The notes under the pieces were generated by a model. That model saw only the letters and a list, made by a program, of their open reading frames with translations. It searched no databases and was not told the DNA's origin. A stretch of 64,000 nucleotides of DNA from Meyerozyma guilliermondii (taxonomy: Eukaryota), in assembly GCA_051546255.1 (NCBI GenBank), contig CP128819.1, positions 496,001-560,000 on the forward strand. The letters are read 5' to 3'. The first letter of the stretch is position 1. Every line of letters begins with the position of its first letter. Of the stretch, positions 30,313 to 41,600 are shown piece by piece. The position numbers and the translations under genes are program-made.

Positions 30313-32922
30313 CTACTGCGTACTATTTACAGAATCTATCGTGAGTGGAATCAAGGAACGCACCTTTTTGGCAAGATGCAGCATCTTGGACGTAGCATCA
30401 GTATCAATGGAGACAAGACCCATTATCAGCCTCAATGCAAGCATTAATTGGACATCTTCCTTGCTGAGATCGTCTCGCACACGAAGCGAATCCAACACAT
30501 ACTTTATCGAGGGTTCGATCTCGCTATAGGTCAACTTGAGTCTAGGGTCTCTTATCGCTTTAGGAGCAAAGAACAGAACTCCAGACCGAATTATCAACTT
30601 GTGTATGTTGACAAATTCAGTAGAGTTTTGAGGAAACCATGTCGAACGGTATATACGCTCGATGATTCGATTATACGAATCAATGGTGTAGTTTGGTAGG
30701 CTCTTCTTTCCATTATTGCGAGAATGAAGCAACAAGGTATCCATAAAGGCATTCAAAGTTGGCATGAACGATAAGAGTTGTTTGTCCAAAAGTGATTTCT
30801 TTGGAGTGTTATCACGCACATTCCTTTTTTTCGATGCTACAATCATGCGATTGTAATTCGAGTCGTTGAAGTGATGGATATCGGAAGTCAATACGGAAAA
30901 CACGGCATCAACCGTCTTTGGCCTTATTTGGAGATCTTTGTTATTAACGGTCACAACGGCTTGAACAAGTTCAGTCACAAGTCTACCAGCAAACAGCTCT
31001 TGCTGATAAGGAAAATTTTCGCTTATTTTGAAGATGAAGTTTTCCACCATCATGATATCGACACATTCAGTAATGATATTTCCACTGCTTTTGGTTGATT
31101 CGGGTAATACCAAAGGCAATAAACCTTTTTGGACACCTCCATTGCGGTATCTTTCAAGCAATTCTTTATTATCCACTTTTACTGCACCCCATTTCGAAAG
31201 CATATACCATACTGCAAGATAAAATTCCTGAAACTTTCCCAATTTCAATAGTCCGTCCAAAACCAACATCAAAATAAATTTGTTAAGCGGCTGTTTCTTG
31301 CCATTGAAGTAACGAATAAAATCAGCCGATGCTTTTTTACCAAATTTACCTTTCGACGATAAGTATTGGTTGTGAAGAAACATGGTACGAACTTCTGCCC
31401 CCGTGTGTCTTGAAAGGTCTACGAGTGGCTTCTTCTTTCCGCTGAATAAGGCACGATTCTTATTTCGGGATAGGAGGGACGGAGGGAAGGTCACCAAAGG
31501 ATTGATTTTTGTCGAGTCAACTTGAGGGTTATTGATGTATGATATTTCACTCGAAACGTTACCGTTTGCAAACCTAATGATATTCTCCACTTCAGGACAC
31601 CAGACCTTCAATGCAGTGAGGCCGTAGCTGATGCTATCAAGGTTTGTGTTACCTAGAGATTGGATATACAAAAAAGTGTTAATGAAACAAGAAACATAGA
31701 CACTCACGAATGCCTCGTCCACGTCCACCAATAGACGTCTGCTTTTTTGTCTATAATCAGTAAGAACTTCAGGGTTGTGCTCTGCTTCTTCTTTAGTGGG
31801 AGGTACTGGAGGGGTGGCACTTGTTAACACTTTTCCTAGTATCTGGTCAGCGGTGTAGGCCAAGTTTTGCCTAATTTCATCCAACTTTTCGATTTTTTCC
31901 TTTCTGGTCAATCCAGAATTCTGGCTAATTTTATCTGAGTCTGCCTGGGCTTTCCTCTTTACCCCATTTAAAAGAATAGTAAAGGTCTGGCATGTGGGGA
32001 TTATGGCTGGAAGTGTGGATTTTGGGTCTGGTAAAAGCTTGTCAAAGAAGCTCCATGCAAATTCTTGATCATTTACAAAGCTTCTGACGAATATACCAAG
32101 ACAAGCATTGAAATGTTCTACAGTACACTTCAAATCTGTTTTCCCTGATTCACGAAGTTCAGCTGCCTTTTCTCTAAAAGTGTCAAAAAGAGTTAGGTAC
32201 TTTTGGCAGGCTTCAGCAGAAACCCCACCCCAAGACGAGGCTCTCGAAATACCATCGAACAATATGGTATAAGTGTATGACGTAGAAGGAATGCCCCATT
32301 TTTTTCGATCATTAAAGCATTTCAAACCGCCTTTGATATCACCATGGTCAAAGTGCCATTGGAGTATTGCGTTCATGGCGACCACACCGCCTCGAGAACC
32401 AGCCATTCGTGCCAAGGTCTCTGCCCTGACAGTGTCATTGTCTCGTTCAAGAAGTTTGAGAACATCTCGAGTCACAAGAAACGGGTCTTTTAGTTGCATG
32501 GCATTAGTTCCAAGCAATGTTAGCAAAAGTTTCTGGTCGATGGGCTTTCTGTCTATTTTCTTTGTGCCCACGAGAGCCTGAAAGATTTCGAGCGACTTTT
32601 CAGAGGCAACATTGATATCTTTGGTGGTGAGTTTGTTCACATTTATCATACCCCCCGCCGCATTTTGAAGCTTTCCGTCGTACCTGGATTGAAGAATGGA
32701 TATTATTTTCTGACCAGAGTATGCGCCGTTTGCCTTTTGTATGGCTTTTGAGTTCCTTCGATGTGTTTGGGCGGGTGTTCGTTTTATGATTTCGCCTGTG
32801 TTGAGAAAATGGTTGAGTTTGATTTGAACATTTGAGCCGGAAACTGAGCGTCGAGATAGCCTATACGGGCCACGCAGCACCCGAGTACTGTTAATAAGCG
32901 CCAGTACTATATGATTCAGCAT
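30313..32922 (-). CDS. Mitochondrial PPR protein, Mrx1-like
   Basis: Presequence-like N-terminus from ATG 32922 and PPR motifs (VVAMNAILQWHF..GLKCFNDRKKWGIPSTSYTYTILFDG; PTCQTFTILLNG). Confidence 0.7.
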   Translation of the reverse strand: MLNHIVLALINSTRVLRGPYRLSRRSVSGSNVQIKLNHFLNTGEIIKRTPAQTHRRNSKAIQKANGAYSGQKIISILQSRYDGKLQNAAGGMINVNKLTTKDINVASEKSLEIFQALVGTKKIDRKPIDQKLLLTLLGTNAMQLKDPFLVTRDVLKLLERDNDTVRAETLARMAGSRGGVVAMNAILQWHFDHGDIKGGLKCFNDRKKWGIPSTSYTYTILFDGISRASSWGGVSAEACQKYLTLFDTFREKAAELRESGKTDLKCTVEHFNACLGIFVRSFVNDQEFAWSFFDKLLPDPKSTLPAIIPTCQTFTILLNGVKRKAQADSDKISQNSGLTRKEKIEKLDEIRQNLAYTADQILGKVLTSATPPVPPTKEEAEHNPEVLTDYRQKSRRLLVDVDEAFVSVYVSCFINTFLYIQSLGNTNLDSISYGLTALKVWCPEVENIIRFANGNVSSEISYINNPQVDSTKINPLVTFPPSLLSRNKNRALFSGKKKPLVDLSRHTGAEVRTMFLHNQYLSSKGKFGKKASADFIRYFNGKKQPLNKFILMLVLDGLLKLGKFQEFYLAVWYMLSKWGAVKVDNKELLERYRNGGVQKGLLPLVLPESTKSSGNIITECVDIMMVENFIFKISENFPYQQELFAGRLVTELVQAVVTVNNKDLQIRPKTVDAVFSVLTSDIHHFNDSNYNRMIVASKKRNVRDNTPKKSLLDKQLLSFMPTLNAFMDTLLLHSRNNGKKSLPNYTIDSYNRIIERIYRSTWFPQNSTEFVNIHKLIIRSGVLFFAPKAIRDPRLKLTYSEIEPSIKYVLDSLRVRDDLSKEDVQLMLALRLIMGLVSIDTDATSKMLHLAKKVRSLIPLTIDSVNSTQ

Positions 32923-32943
32923 TATTTTTGTGGGGCATAGGAA

Positions 32944-32998
32944 GAGATGAGATTGAGATTTCGCATCGCATCGACTTCGCATCGCATCGCACTTCGCG
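32944..32998. repeat. (TCGCA)n / PAC-like short repeats in the divergent MRX1-like/CWC22 promoter
   Basis: GAGATGAG followed by a near-duplicated TTCGCATCGCATCG(C)AC unit. Confidence 0.6.
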
Positions 32999-33104
32999 TT
33001 CAGGTTTAAGAGCTACGGAGTAGCTTTACAAGTAAGCTATACAGTAGCTGAAGAACAGTGTTACCACTATCATAGTCTCATCTGTCTACGCTCAATAATT
33101 GAAG

Positions 33105-34970
33105 ATGAGTAACATAGAAGCACATTCAGAATCTTTTCAGCGGACTGAGTGGAAAAACCTCAAGGCTTCAGTTGACAAAATTGTCGAAGCATTGACCAGG
33201 AATAACATCAAGGAATCAGCAATCAAGCTATTTAATCTCAATATTTACCGTGGACAAGGATACATTGTTCGTTCTTTCATGAAATCACAATTGACTCGAG
33301 ATAAACAGCACACCAAAGTGTTGGCTAGTTTGGCGGCAGTTATCAATTCCAAGTTCCCTGAAGTTGGTCAGATTCTTATATCTCGTCTTGTTGTGCTCTT
33401 TCGGAAAAGTTTCGTCAACAACGATAAGCCTAATGTGACTCGTTCGACCCACTTTCTCGTCCACTTGATGAACCAATATGTTTGCAGCGATATTGTAATC
33501 CTTCAAATTCTCCAATTGCTTTTGGAAAATCCTACAAACAATTCCGTTCGTGCTGCTACTTCTATAATGACTGAAGGTGGACACTTTTTAGTTCAACACG
33601 CTGCCAATGCCAGTGCTATGATTTTCGATCGACTTCGATCATTTCTTCAAGATCCCAACTCCCAGCTTGATGGATCTGTTCTTCATGACATCGACTTGTT
33701 GCTACGAGAGCGCCGTCATAGGTTCAGCCGTTATCCTGCTGTAACGCCTGATCTCGACTTGGTAGAGGAAGAAGACCGAGAGACCCACACTTTAATATTA
33801 GACGAAACAATAGAAACTCACGATGAATTGAATAGCTTCAAGTTTGACGAAAATTGGCAAGAAGAAGAAAACAGATATAAAGAAGAATTGAGAGAGATTC
33901 TCGGAGATTCTGACGAAGTTGCGGTTGCACCGGTGCCAAAAGAAGAACCAGAAAAGACCGATAAAACCATTGATATGACCAATTCCGATCTTATTAATTT
34001 CCAAAAAACGGTATATTTGACAATAATGGGGAGCATGTCATCTGATGAAGCGGTACACAAGCTTTTGAAGCTCAGTTACAAGAACAATAGTGATGTTTCC
34101 AAAGACGAAGTACTTGCAGATATGGTGATAAAATGTGGAAGTGAAGAAAAGACATACTCAAAGTACATTGGGATAATAGGAGAGAAGCTCTGTTCCAAGA
34201 GTCGTAGATGGCAAGTTGTGTTTGTAAGGCTTTTCAAACAATATTATGAAAAGATACACCAGTTCAACACCAATGCGGTTCGCAACATTGGCAAGTTATT
34301 TGGCCATCTATTTGCCTGTGGAATCTTGCCTATAGAAGAGTGCTGGGACACCATTGAGATGACTGAGGACGGTACAACATCTGCGGGACGGATATTCATC
34401 AAGTTTGTTTTCCAAGAGTTGGTGGAAGAAGTGGGTATCGGTGAGTTGGTTGAGATGGTGGAAGCAGAAAATGTGCAGTCGAAAATCCAAGGTATGTTTC
34501 CAACATCTCCTCAAGAGATGAGAGATGCCGAGCATGTACGTTTCTCCATCAACTACTTTACGGCAATTGGACTCGGACGACTCACAGAACAGATGAGAAG
34601 TGCATTGAAGAGACTCGAACTGGAGCCTCGAGGCAGAAAGCGAGAGAGAAGAGGAAGTGAAAGTAGTGACAGTGGAAGTTATAGTCGAAGCAGCAGCTAT
34701 AGCCGGAGTCGAGGTGCGAGCTATAGTCGAAGTGCGAGTGGGAGTCGGAGTCGGAGTCGAAGTCGAAGTCGAAGCAGAAGCCAGAGCGGAAGTCGCAACG
34801 GAAGCCCGAGTCGCAGCCAAAACGGCCGCGGTGACATGGCGCGCCGCACCAGCCGCACCCACAGCAACCTCGAGGAATCAGCGATGAGCGAACAAAATAG
34901 ACATCGCCGCCAAGCGTTCAATGAAGGACCTGCTCCGTACGGAATTGACCCCAAGAGAAGACACACTTAG
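33105..34970 (+). CDS. CWC22: Spliceosomal factor Cwc22 (MIF4G + MA3) with RS-rich tail
   Basis: FQRTEW start, VYLTIMGSMSSDEAVHKLL and RFSINYFTAIGLG, then SRSRSRSRS. Confidence 0.93.
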   Translation: MSNIEAHSESFQRTEWKNLKASVDKIVEALTRNNIKESAIKLFNLNIYRGQGYIVRSFMKSQLTRDKQHTKVLASLAAVINSKFPEVGQILISRLVVLFRKSFVNNDKPNVTRSTHFLVHLMNQYVCSDIVILQILQLLLENPTNNSVRAATSIMTEGGHFLVQHAANASAMIFDRLRSFLQDPNSQLDGSVLHDIDLLLRERRHRFSRYPAVTPDLDLVEEEDRETHTLILDETIETHDELNSFKFDENWQEEENRYKEELREILGDSDEVAVAPVPKEEPEKTDKTIDMTNSDLINFQKTVYLTIMGSMSSDEAVHKLLKLSYKNNSDVSKDEVLADMVIKCGSEEKTYSKYIGIIGEKLCSKSRRWQVVFVRLFKQYYEKIHQFNTNAVRNIGKLFGHLFACGILPIEECWDTIEMTEDGTTSAGRIFIKFVFQELVEEVGIGELVEMVEAENVQSKIQGMFPTSPQEMRDAEHVRFSINYFTAIGLGRLTEQMRSALKRLELEPRGRKRERRGSESSDSGSYSRSSSYSRSRGASYSRSASGSRSRSRSRSRSRSQSGSRNGSPSRSQNGRGDMARRTSRTHSNLEESAMSEQNRHRRQAFNEGPAPYGIDPKRRHT

Positions 34971-35283
34971 GTAAGTGGTTTGCAAAATCCACATCGAGTT
35001 TGGACTCAACTTGACCATCTTCCGATAACCCCAGACTTTCAACTGTGCCATACCTTACCTGCAGTATCGAACTGCGCCGGTTATACCGCGGGAAAACTCG
35101 GAGTGACGAAGAACTCAAGGTACCAGTAAGGTACCAGAAACTGAAGAAAAAAATGGTGTGTGGGCGTCGAAACCTATTCGATATATAGCTGGGGTTGTGC
35201 TAGTGCCAGAGCTATCTTAGAATCTATCGCATCGTCCGTTTTGTTCCGGGTGAAATGAACATTGTATCCTGCATACACCAGAG

Positions 35284-35330
35284 CCAATGGGCGTGTTCGA
35301 GTTACAAACCACCGGCCTGAAACTATAAAA
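35284..35330 (+). promoter_or_regulatory. CCAAT box and TATA box of CYC1
   Basis: GCCAATG around 35284-35288 and TATAAAA at 35324-35330, upstream of a respiratory gene. Confidence 0.55.
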
Positions 35331-35374
35331 AGGTTGCGCGGCAAGAAAATTTCCATAGTCAATAAGTAAAAAAA

Positions 35375-35707
35375 ATGCCAGCTCCATACGAAAAGGGTTC
35401 TGAGAAAAAAGGTGCTACTCTCTTTAAGACCAGATGCTTGCAATGTCACACCGTTGAGGAGGGTGCTCCTAACAAGGTTGGTCCTAACTTGCACGGACTT
35501 ATTGGTAGAAAGTCTGGTCAAGTCGAAGGTTACTCTTACACTGATGCCAACAAGAAGAAGGGTGTCGAGTGGACCGAACAGAACTTGTCCGATTACTTGG
35601 AGAACCCAAAGAAGTACATTCCAGGTACCAAGATGGCTTTCGGTGGTTTGAAGAAGGCCAAGGACAGAAACGATTTGATTACCTACTTGGTTTCAGCCAC
35701 CAAGTAG
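35375..35707 (+). CDS. CYC1: Cytochrome c
   Basis: CLQCH haem motif, GPNLHG and [13 protein letters not shown]. Confidence 0.99.
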   Translation: MPAPYEKGSEKKGATLFKTRCLQCHTVEEGAPNKVGPNLHGLIGRKSGQVEGYSYTDANKKKGVEWTEQNLSDYLENPKKYIPGTKMAFGGLKKAKDRNDLITYLVSATK

Positions 35708-35847
35708 AAATTGTGAAATGTATATAGGTTGAACGATGTACACAGTTTTGAATAGACAACTCAGACGACTTACAAAGTAATTTCTCTCTAATCTTTTGGT
35801 TTTGTTTCGTTCTCACTCTTTTTTATGCAGGGAATTTCTTCACCATC

Positions 35848-36597
35848 ATGGACCCCAATATCAAGATCCCGGTGGAGGTGGATCCCACCGAGGACACAGA
35901 ATGGAACGATATTCTTCGTGCCAAGGGTATCATTCCAGAACGTCCTCCTTCTCCCACGGCAGAGCTTGAAGCTGCTCTTGAGGAAGCTGTAAAGAAGCAA
36001 CATGAAAATCGTTTGGAAGGAAAAGATTTGGATGAGTTAGATGAACTCGAAGACGAAGAAGATGAAGAGTTTCTCGACACGTACCGCAAACAGAGAATGC
36101 AACAGATCAAAGAACTCACACAAAAACAAAAATATGGCTCGGTGTTGCCGATAACAAAACCAGAGTACGAAAAAGAAGTCACAAATGCTTCCAAAGAATG
36201 TTTCGTTTTGTTACATATGACGTCACAGTCCAGCATCCAAAGTAGACTTCTCAGTTCCTTGATGGTGACATTGGCTCTGAGGTTTCCTGAAATCAAATTC
36301 TGTGAAATTCCTGCCAACCGATGCGTGGAAAATTACCCTGATTCCAACTGCCCCACTCTTCTTGTATACCATGACACGGCAGTAGTGAAGCAGTATATCA
36401 CACTCACGCAATTGGGTGGAAACGATACTAAGATTGCCGATTTGGAGAAGACTTTAGTGGGAATCGATGCGGTACCTGAAACCGATAAAAGGCTCACCAT
36501 GAACCAGCTCGACGATGATTTGCAAGAAAGTCGAAAACTCCGGTTTATGAAAAAGTCCATTCGTGAAGATGATTCCGACGATGACTTTGACGATTAG
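35848..36597 (+). CDS. PLP2: Phosducin-like protein
   Basis: EDTEWNDILRAKGIIP motif and thioredoxin-like domain (CVENYPDSNCPTL). Confidence 0.92.
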   Translation: MDPNIKIPVEVDPTEDTEWNDILRAKGIIPERPPSPTAELEAALEEAVKKQHENRLEGKDLDELDELEDEEDEEFLDTYRKQRMQQIKELTQKQKYGSVLPITKPEYEKEVTNASKECFVLLHMTSQSSIQSRLLSSLMVTLALRFPEIKFCEIPANRCVENYPDSNCPTLLVYHDTAVVKQYITLTQLGGNDTKIADLEKTLVGIDAVPETDKRLTMNQLDDDLQESRKLRFMKKSIREDDSDDDFDD

Positions 36598-37075
36598 CGT
36601 AAACTGAAAACTGGCATTTTTCATAAATTGTTATTGTGACGCAGCCATTGTGGCTAAGAGCATATAAATAGAGACAATTATAATAATACTTTGCAGATAG
36701 TAGGAGATGACAAGATTAACAACTAAAAAGCTCAGCCTACGTGAAAGCTTATATTCGTACTACAAACCCCCGAAAATCTACTATATCTTGCGACATTCTT
36801 CTCGTTCGCTCATCTCGCGCAGTTTCATTATCCGATCACGATTGGAACCACAGATCAAACCGCCACTTCCACCCACCAGCAACCAAACTGGATATTTTTC
36901 TGTCCGATCTCGAACAAGTGTCGATTGGGCGTCTCTGGAACATAATTGGTTGACCCTTCCAACAACTTCAAATCAAGGCATATCAAGAAACCAGCCTCGA
37001 CACCTTCTTGACAACGGTCGTCAGACCATAGTTGGTTTTCTAATTCTTTTCTTGTACTGAAAATTACCAACATAA

Positions 37076-38626
37076 ATGCATTCAGAACTCATGCCAGATA
37101 GCCAGGTTGATCTTTATTCTAGCATTGGGCCTTGTGTTCACGTTGACAAGGTGCTCGCTTCTCGAGCCAAGGAGAATGTGCTTACGACTTACAGACAAGC
37201 AGTGAAGATTGTCCTGCTCCGACCCCATGGATGTCGAGTTATCCAGAAGAAGGACGGCTCTGAGATTGCCGTTACAAAGTTAATGGACCATAAGTCCAGA
37301 GCACTTCGTTGCTCTGATTGCCTTTCCAATGGCTTTCATCAAACATTTGTATGCTTACAATGTCCTCATGTTGGTTGTATCAATACAAAGCATAACCACG
37401 CTCATCGACACTACAAATTGAGCCACCATTCCTTTGCTATTGATGCACATACTGGCCTACTTTTCTGCTTCCAGTGCGGAGATTATGTCAATCACCAAGA
37501 CTTGGAGCTGATACGAACCAGACACATCGAAGGCATTCCCAAGCTGGAATCGCTTAAAATACCAGAAGGATCCTCAGATCCAGATATAAAAAATAATTAT
37601 ACCATTCCTCCGGTTGCTGCTGTGAGCGGACTCAAAGGATTCGTCAATCTTGGGTCCACATGTTTCATGAGTTGCATTCTTCAAACATTTATTCACAATC
37701 CATTGGTTAAATATCAATTTTTTAACAACGATTTACACTACTTCAACTGTGACAGCATGCAAGAATATCACAGTGCCAACCCAAATGTGACAGAAAACAA
37801 TGCATGTATCACTTGCAGCATAGATGTCATATTCAGAAACTTTTACACATCCACGAGCATCGAAGGCTACGGAATGACTAATTTACTTATGACAGCATGG
37901 TACAAGAACAAGTCACTTGCAGGTTTCGAAGAACAAGATGCTCACGAACTTTGGCAATTTCTTCTTAATGAACTCCACTCAGACCACGAACGGTCGCTCC
38001 AGCGATCGTCTCAACATGAATCAGAGCAAAACATGTGCCAATGCATCACTCATTCGACTTTTTCCGGTACTCTTGCCAGTTCAATTCAGTGCCAAAATTG
38101 CCAAGAAACCACCGAAACTGTTGACCCAATGATCGATCTTTCGTTGGAAATAGGAAGATTGAAAAACAAGCAAAAGACTGCAAACTTGTACGACTGTCTT
38201 GATCGATTTACCTCATCGGAGAAATTGGATGTTATGTACACATGCCATCATTGCGGCGAAAAATCTGAGGCAACGAAGAGCTTAAAGATTAAAAAATTGG
38301 CACCAGTATTATCGATTCAACTTAAGCGATTCGAACATAATAAATCCAACGATGGCTCTTCAAAAGTGGAGACACCAGTTAGCATCCCAATCTACTTGGA
38401 CATTTCAAAGTACACATCTGATGAAAAAGCGACAAATATTTATGAGCTCTTCGCCGTTGTATGCCATGTTGGACTGGTAAATACGGGCCACTACATCGTC
38501 GTTGTTAAAGACGGCGAAGGTAGATGGTTAAAATTTGACGATAGCGTCATATCATTGATTGCAGAATCAGAAGTAAGTTCCATGAATGGATACTTGTTGT
38601 TCTACATTAGTCATAAAATTATTTAG
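37076..38626 (+). CDS. UBP8: SAGA deubiquitinase Ubp8
   Basis: ZnF-UBP (CLQCPHVGC...LFCFQCGDY), GFVNLGSTCFMSCILQ, QDAHE and HVG(S)VNTGHY. Confidence 0.93.
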   Translation: MHSELMPDSQVDLYSSIGPCVHVDKVLASRAKENVLTTYRQAVKIVLLRPHGCRVIQKKDGSEIAVTKLMDHKSRALRCSDCLSNGFHQTFVCLQCPHVGCINTKHNHAHRHYKLSHHSFAIDAHTGLLFCFQCGDYVNHQDLELIRTRHIEGIPKLESLKIPEGSSDPDIKNNYTIPPVAAVSGLKGFVNLGSTCFMSCILQTFIHNPLVKYQFFNNDLHYFNCDSMQEYHSANPNVTENNACITCSIDVIFRNFYTSTSIEGYGMTNLLMTAWYKNKSLAGFEEQDAHELWQFLLNELHSDHERSLQRSSQHESEQNMCQCITHSTFSGTLASSIQCQNCQETTETVDPMIDLSLEIGRLKNKQKTANLYDCLDRFTSSEKLDVMYTCHHCGEKSEATKSLKIKKLAPVLSIQLKRFEHNKSNDGSSKVETPVSIPIYLDISKYTSDEKATNIYELFAVVCHVGLVNTGHYIVVVKDGEGRWLKFDDSVISLIAESEVSSMNGYLLFYISHKII

Positions 38627-38672
38627 CGGTAGTTATATTACATCTAATTAGAACTGAAACTGTACGATAGTC

Positions 38673-41600
38673 TTATTCAAAGTCCTCAGCAACAATTTTA
38701 GCCTTTTGACACATCAGTTTAAATACACCATTCTCCTGGAATAGTTGCTTTGGTACCCCCTTTTCAATGATTTGACCATTTTCCATGACAATGATTCTAT
38801 CATAGTGCAAAATGGTCTTCAACCTATGAGCAATACACAAAATTGTGCACTGCCTGAATTCATTAGCAATAGTATCTTGGATACCGGCATCTGTCTCGTA
38901 GTCAACGGAGGAAGTGGCTTCATCCAAGATCAATATCTTGGAATCACGAACTAACGATCTAGCCAAGGCGATCAACTGCCTTTCACCCAATGAGAAATTG
39001 CATCCCTCATCATCGACCATTTGATCCAAATGAAATTTGTGAAGGTCGTCATAATTAACATGATGCTTAGGATCATATTTGGTCAGCATCACCTTGTTCA
39101 ATTGAAATGCGTCGACAAGCCCACATCTCCTCAATGCATCCCACAAGACTTTGTCATCATAGGTTCCAAATGGGTCCAAGTTCTTCCTTATAGTTCCATT
39201 GAACAAAACTGGGTCTTGAGGAATAATGGAAAGTCTTGATCTCAAATCGTACAAACCCATATCAGCAATGTTCAATCCGTCAATTGTGACTGAACCCAGT
39301 TCCAATTCCGTGAGTCTGTACAACGCAGTCATGATGGACGACTTACCAGCTCCAGTACGTCCACAAATACCGACCTTTTCTCCCGGGTAGATACTGAATG
39401 TCAAGTCATTGAGAACTAGTGGTAAGCCAGGTCTATAGCGTAACGAGACGTTATTAAACAGAATGTAACCTGATGGCGGCCACTCAGCAGGAGGAGCACA
39501 CTCTGGTTTCAAGTATGCAGCTTCTTGGGGCAAGTGGAAAGCATATTCATGCAATCTCTCAACGGAGTTCATTTCGCTCTCGACTTGAGTCATGGATCTC
39601 ACCGTTAAGGACAATAAACCAACAATCTGAATAACGTAATTCAACAACAAACCTGTAGACGCAGCACTGATAGAGAACTGCTCAGTGATACACAACATAC
39701 AAATAATCAATGCAAACATACTGGCAAGGATATCCAAGTGAACACCAAGCCATCTCTGAGTTGCGATTGACAAATAGTATGCCTCGTTCGTCTTGTTGAG
39801 GAAGTCGTCATTTTTCTTAACAAATGTGTCTTGCACCTTGTATGCTTTGATCGTTGCCATACCCAGTAATGTCTCACTGAAGTTGTTGTAAACCAACGAT
39901 CTTTGAACACTCTCTAAACGCTTGATTTCACGGGATGAACCCTGGTAGAAGTTTGCAAGGAACGTAAAACCGAAACCCAAAAACGGAATTGCGATAGCAA
40001 AGTATGGCAAGTACGTGATACACAAGACCATAATACCAATGATCATAGCCAAGGGAAAGATAAACAATCTCAATTGCTCACCAATTTCGTTGTCAATGGA
40101 ATCAGTGTCCTTAGAGAATCTGTTAAGAATTCTTCCAAGAGGAGTCGTATCCATGTATGACATGGGAACATGCAAAACACTTTGCATAGCATTGGAGTTC
40201 AAGAGTCTTGCCGAAGTGTCGTTCATATACGCAAGAATAGTAAATTGAACCGCAGTGAGAATCACAGTCAAAAATGCAAAAGCAACATAGAAGCCAACAT
40301 AAAAGTCGTCAGACAATTGCCTGTACTTGTGTTCATTCCACCAAGACAACCAGGTGTTGGTGAAGACTTGACAAAATGTGGACAATGCAACAAAGAAGAT
40401 AAATACAGGAGCTGCACTCCATCCAAAGAACCCAGAACCCAATTGCACGTACCTTTTGTAGATGTTCCATCCAATGGTGGTGGTTGCTCTCTCTTCGTCT
40501 CCAATAAGTCTACCACTTTGCACGTTCTGCTCAGCAAGAATGGACTGTTGCCTCATAAGACTCTTCTCATCGTGAGTTTGTTGACGACTCATCATAACAC
40601 TTTCATTATGGAGGTGGTCGTAATCGGACAAGTTGTCATCACTAGGAAGTTCGTTGTTATACAAAAGCAATCTTCTGAAGTTCATATTGCGTCCAGATAA
40701 TTCGTCCATGGTTCCAACATCAATTGTACCGTCTCCATTCAAGAAGATGATTCTGTCTGCATTTTCAATTAATGACAATTGATGTGTTGCCAACACTCTC
40801 GTACGGTTTCTCAAAACATCATAGAACAAATTGTCTACGATGTGTTTTCCCACACGAGCATCAACAGCAGATAAGACGTCGTCAAACAACAAAATGTTTT
40901 GATCACCATAACATGCTCTAGCCAAATTGATACGGGACTTTTGACCTCCAGAAAGAGTTATACCTCTCTCACCAATTTCGGTGAAATCTCTAGCAGGAAG
41001 AAGATCCAAATCACTTTCCAAGGCACAAGCCTGAATGATTCTCCTATACTTTTGCTCGTCATAAGGTCTTCCAAAGAGAATATTATCTCTGACTGTGGCA
41101 TTTTGAATCCAAGGTGATGAACACAAAAGAAGATCGTCGTTCACAACTAAGCGGCCCTTGTCTGGATTAGACATCTTTAAGAAGCCGGACAAAGCAGACA
41201 ATAAAGATGACTTACCAGAACCAATCACACCCGTAATCATGACAAACTCATTTCTCTTGATGGACAAATTAATGTCAAGTAATCCAGGGAAAGAGTTTTC
41301 GTGTGACAGGTTTCCGGACAGTTGCTCCTCGTATATAGTATCAGAGGTGGATGTACTGTCAAACTGAGTCTTCTCATCATAGTGTCTGCTTTGAGAATAG
41401 GAAGCTTTATTGTACTTTCTAGCCTTCTTGGCTCTCTTTTCAGCTTGTTTTTGCTTCTTGGCCCTATCAATCTCTTTTTCATCCATAGTCCAATATTGAT
41501 CTGCATTCTCATCATAGAGCAGTTCCCACAAGAAATCAGCATGGGAAACTTCCAAGACAGGCCCATTGGAGTTGTTTGAAAGGTCACCGTATTCCGACAT

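Noticed and set aside
34308..34966. Low-complexity ORFs over the CWC22 3' end
   Set aside because: Alternative frames of the RS-encoding microsatellite.
34971..34976. GTAAGT immediately after the CWC22 stop
   Set aside because: No convincing branch point/acceptor downstream, and it would not alter the protein.
36707..37060. 117-aa ATG ORF between PLP2 and UBP8
   Set aside because: No recognisable motif or coding-like composition; cannot be supported without expression data.
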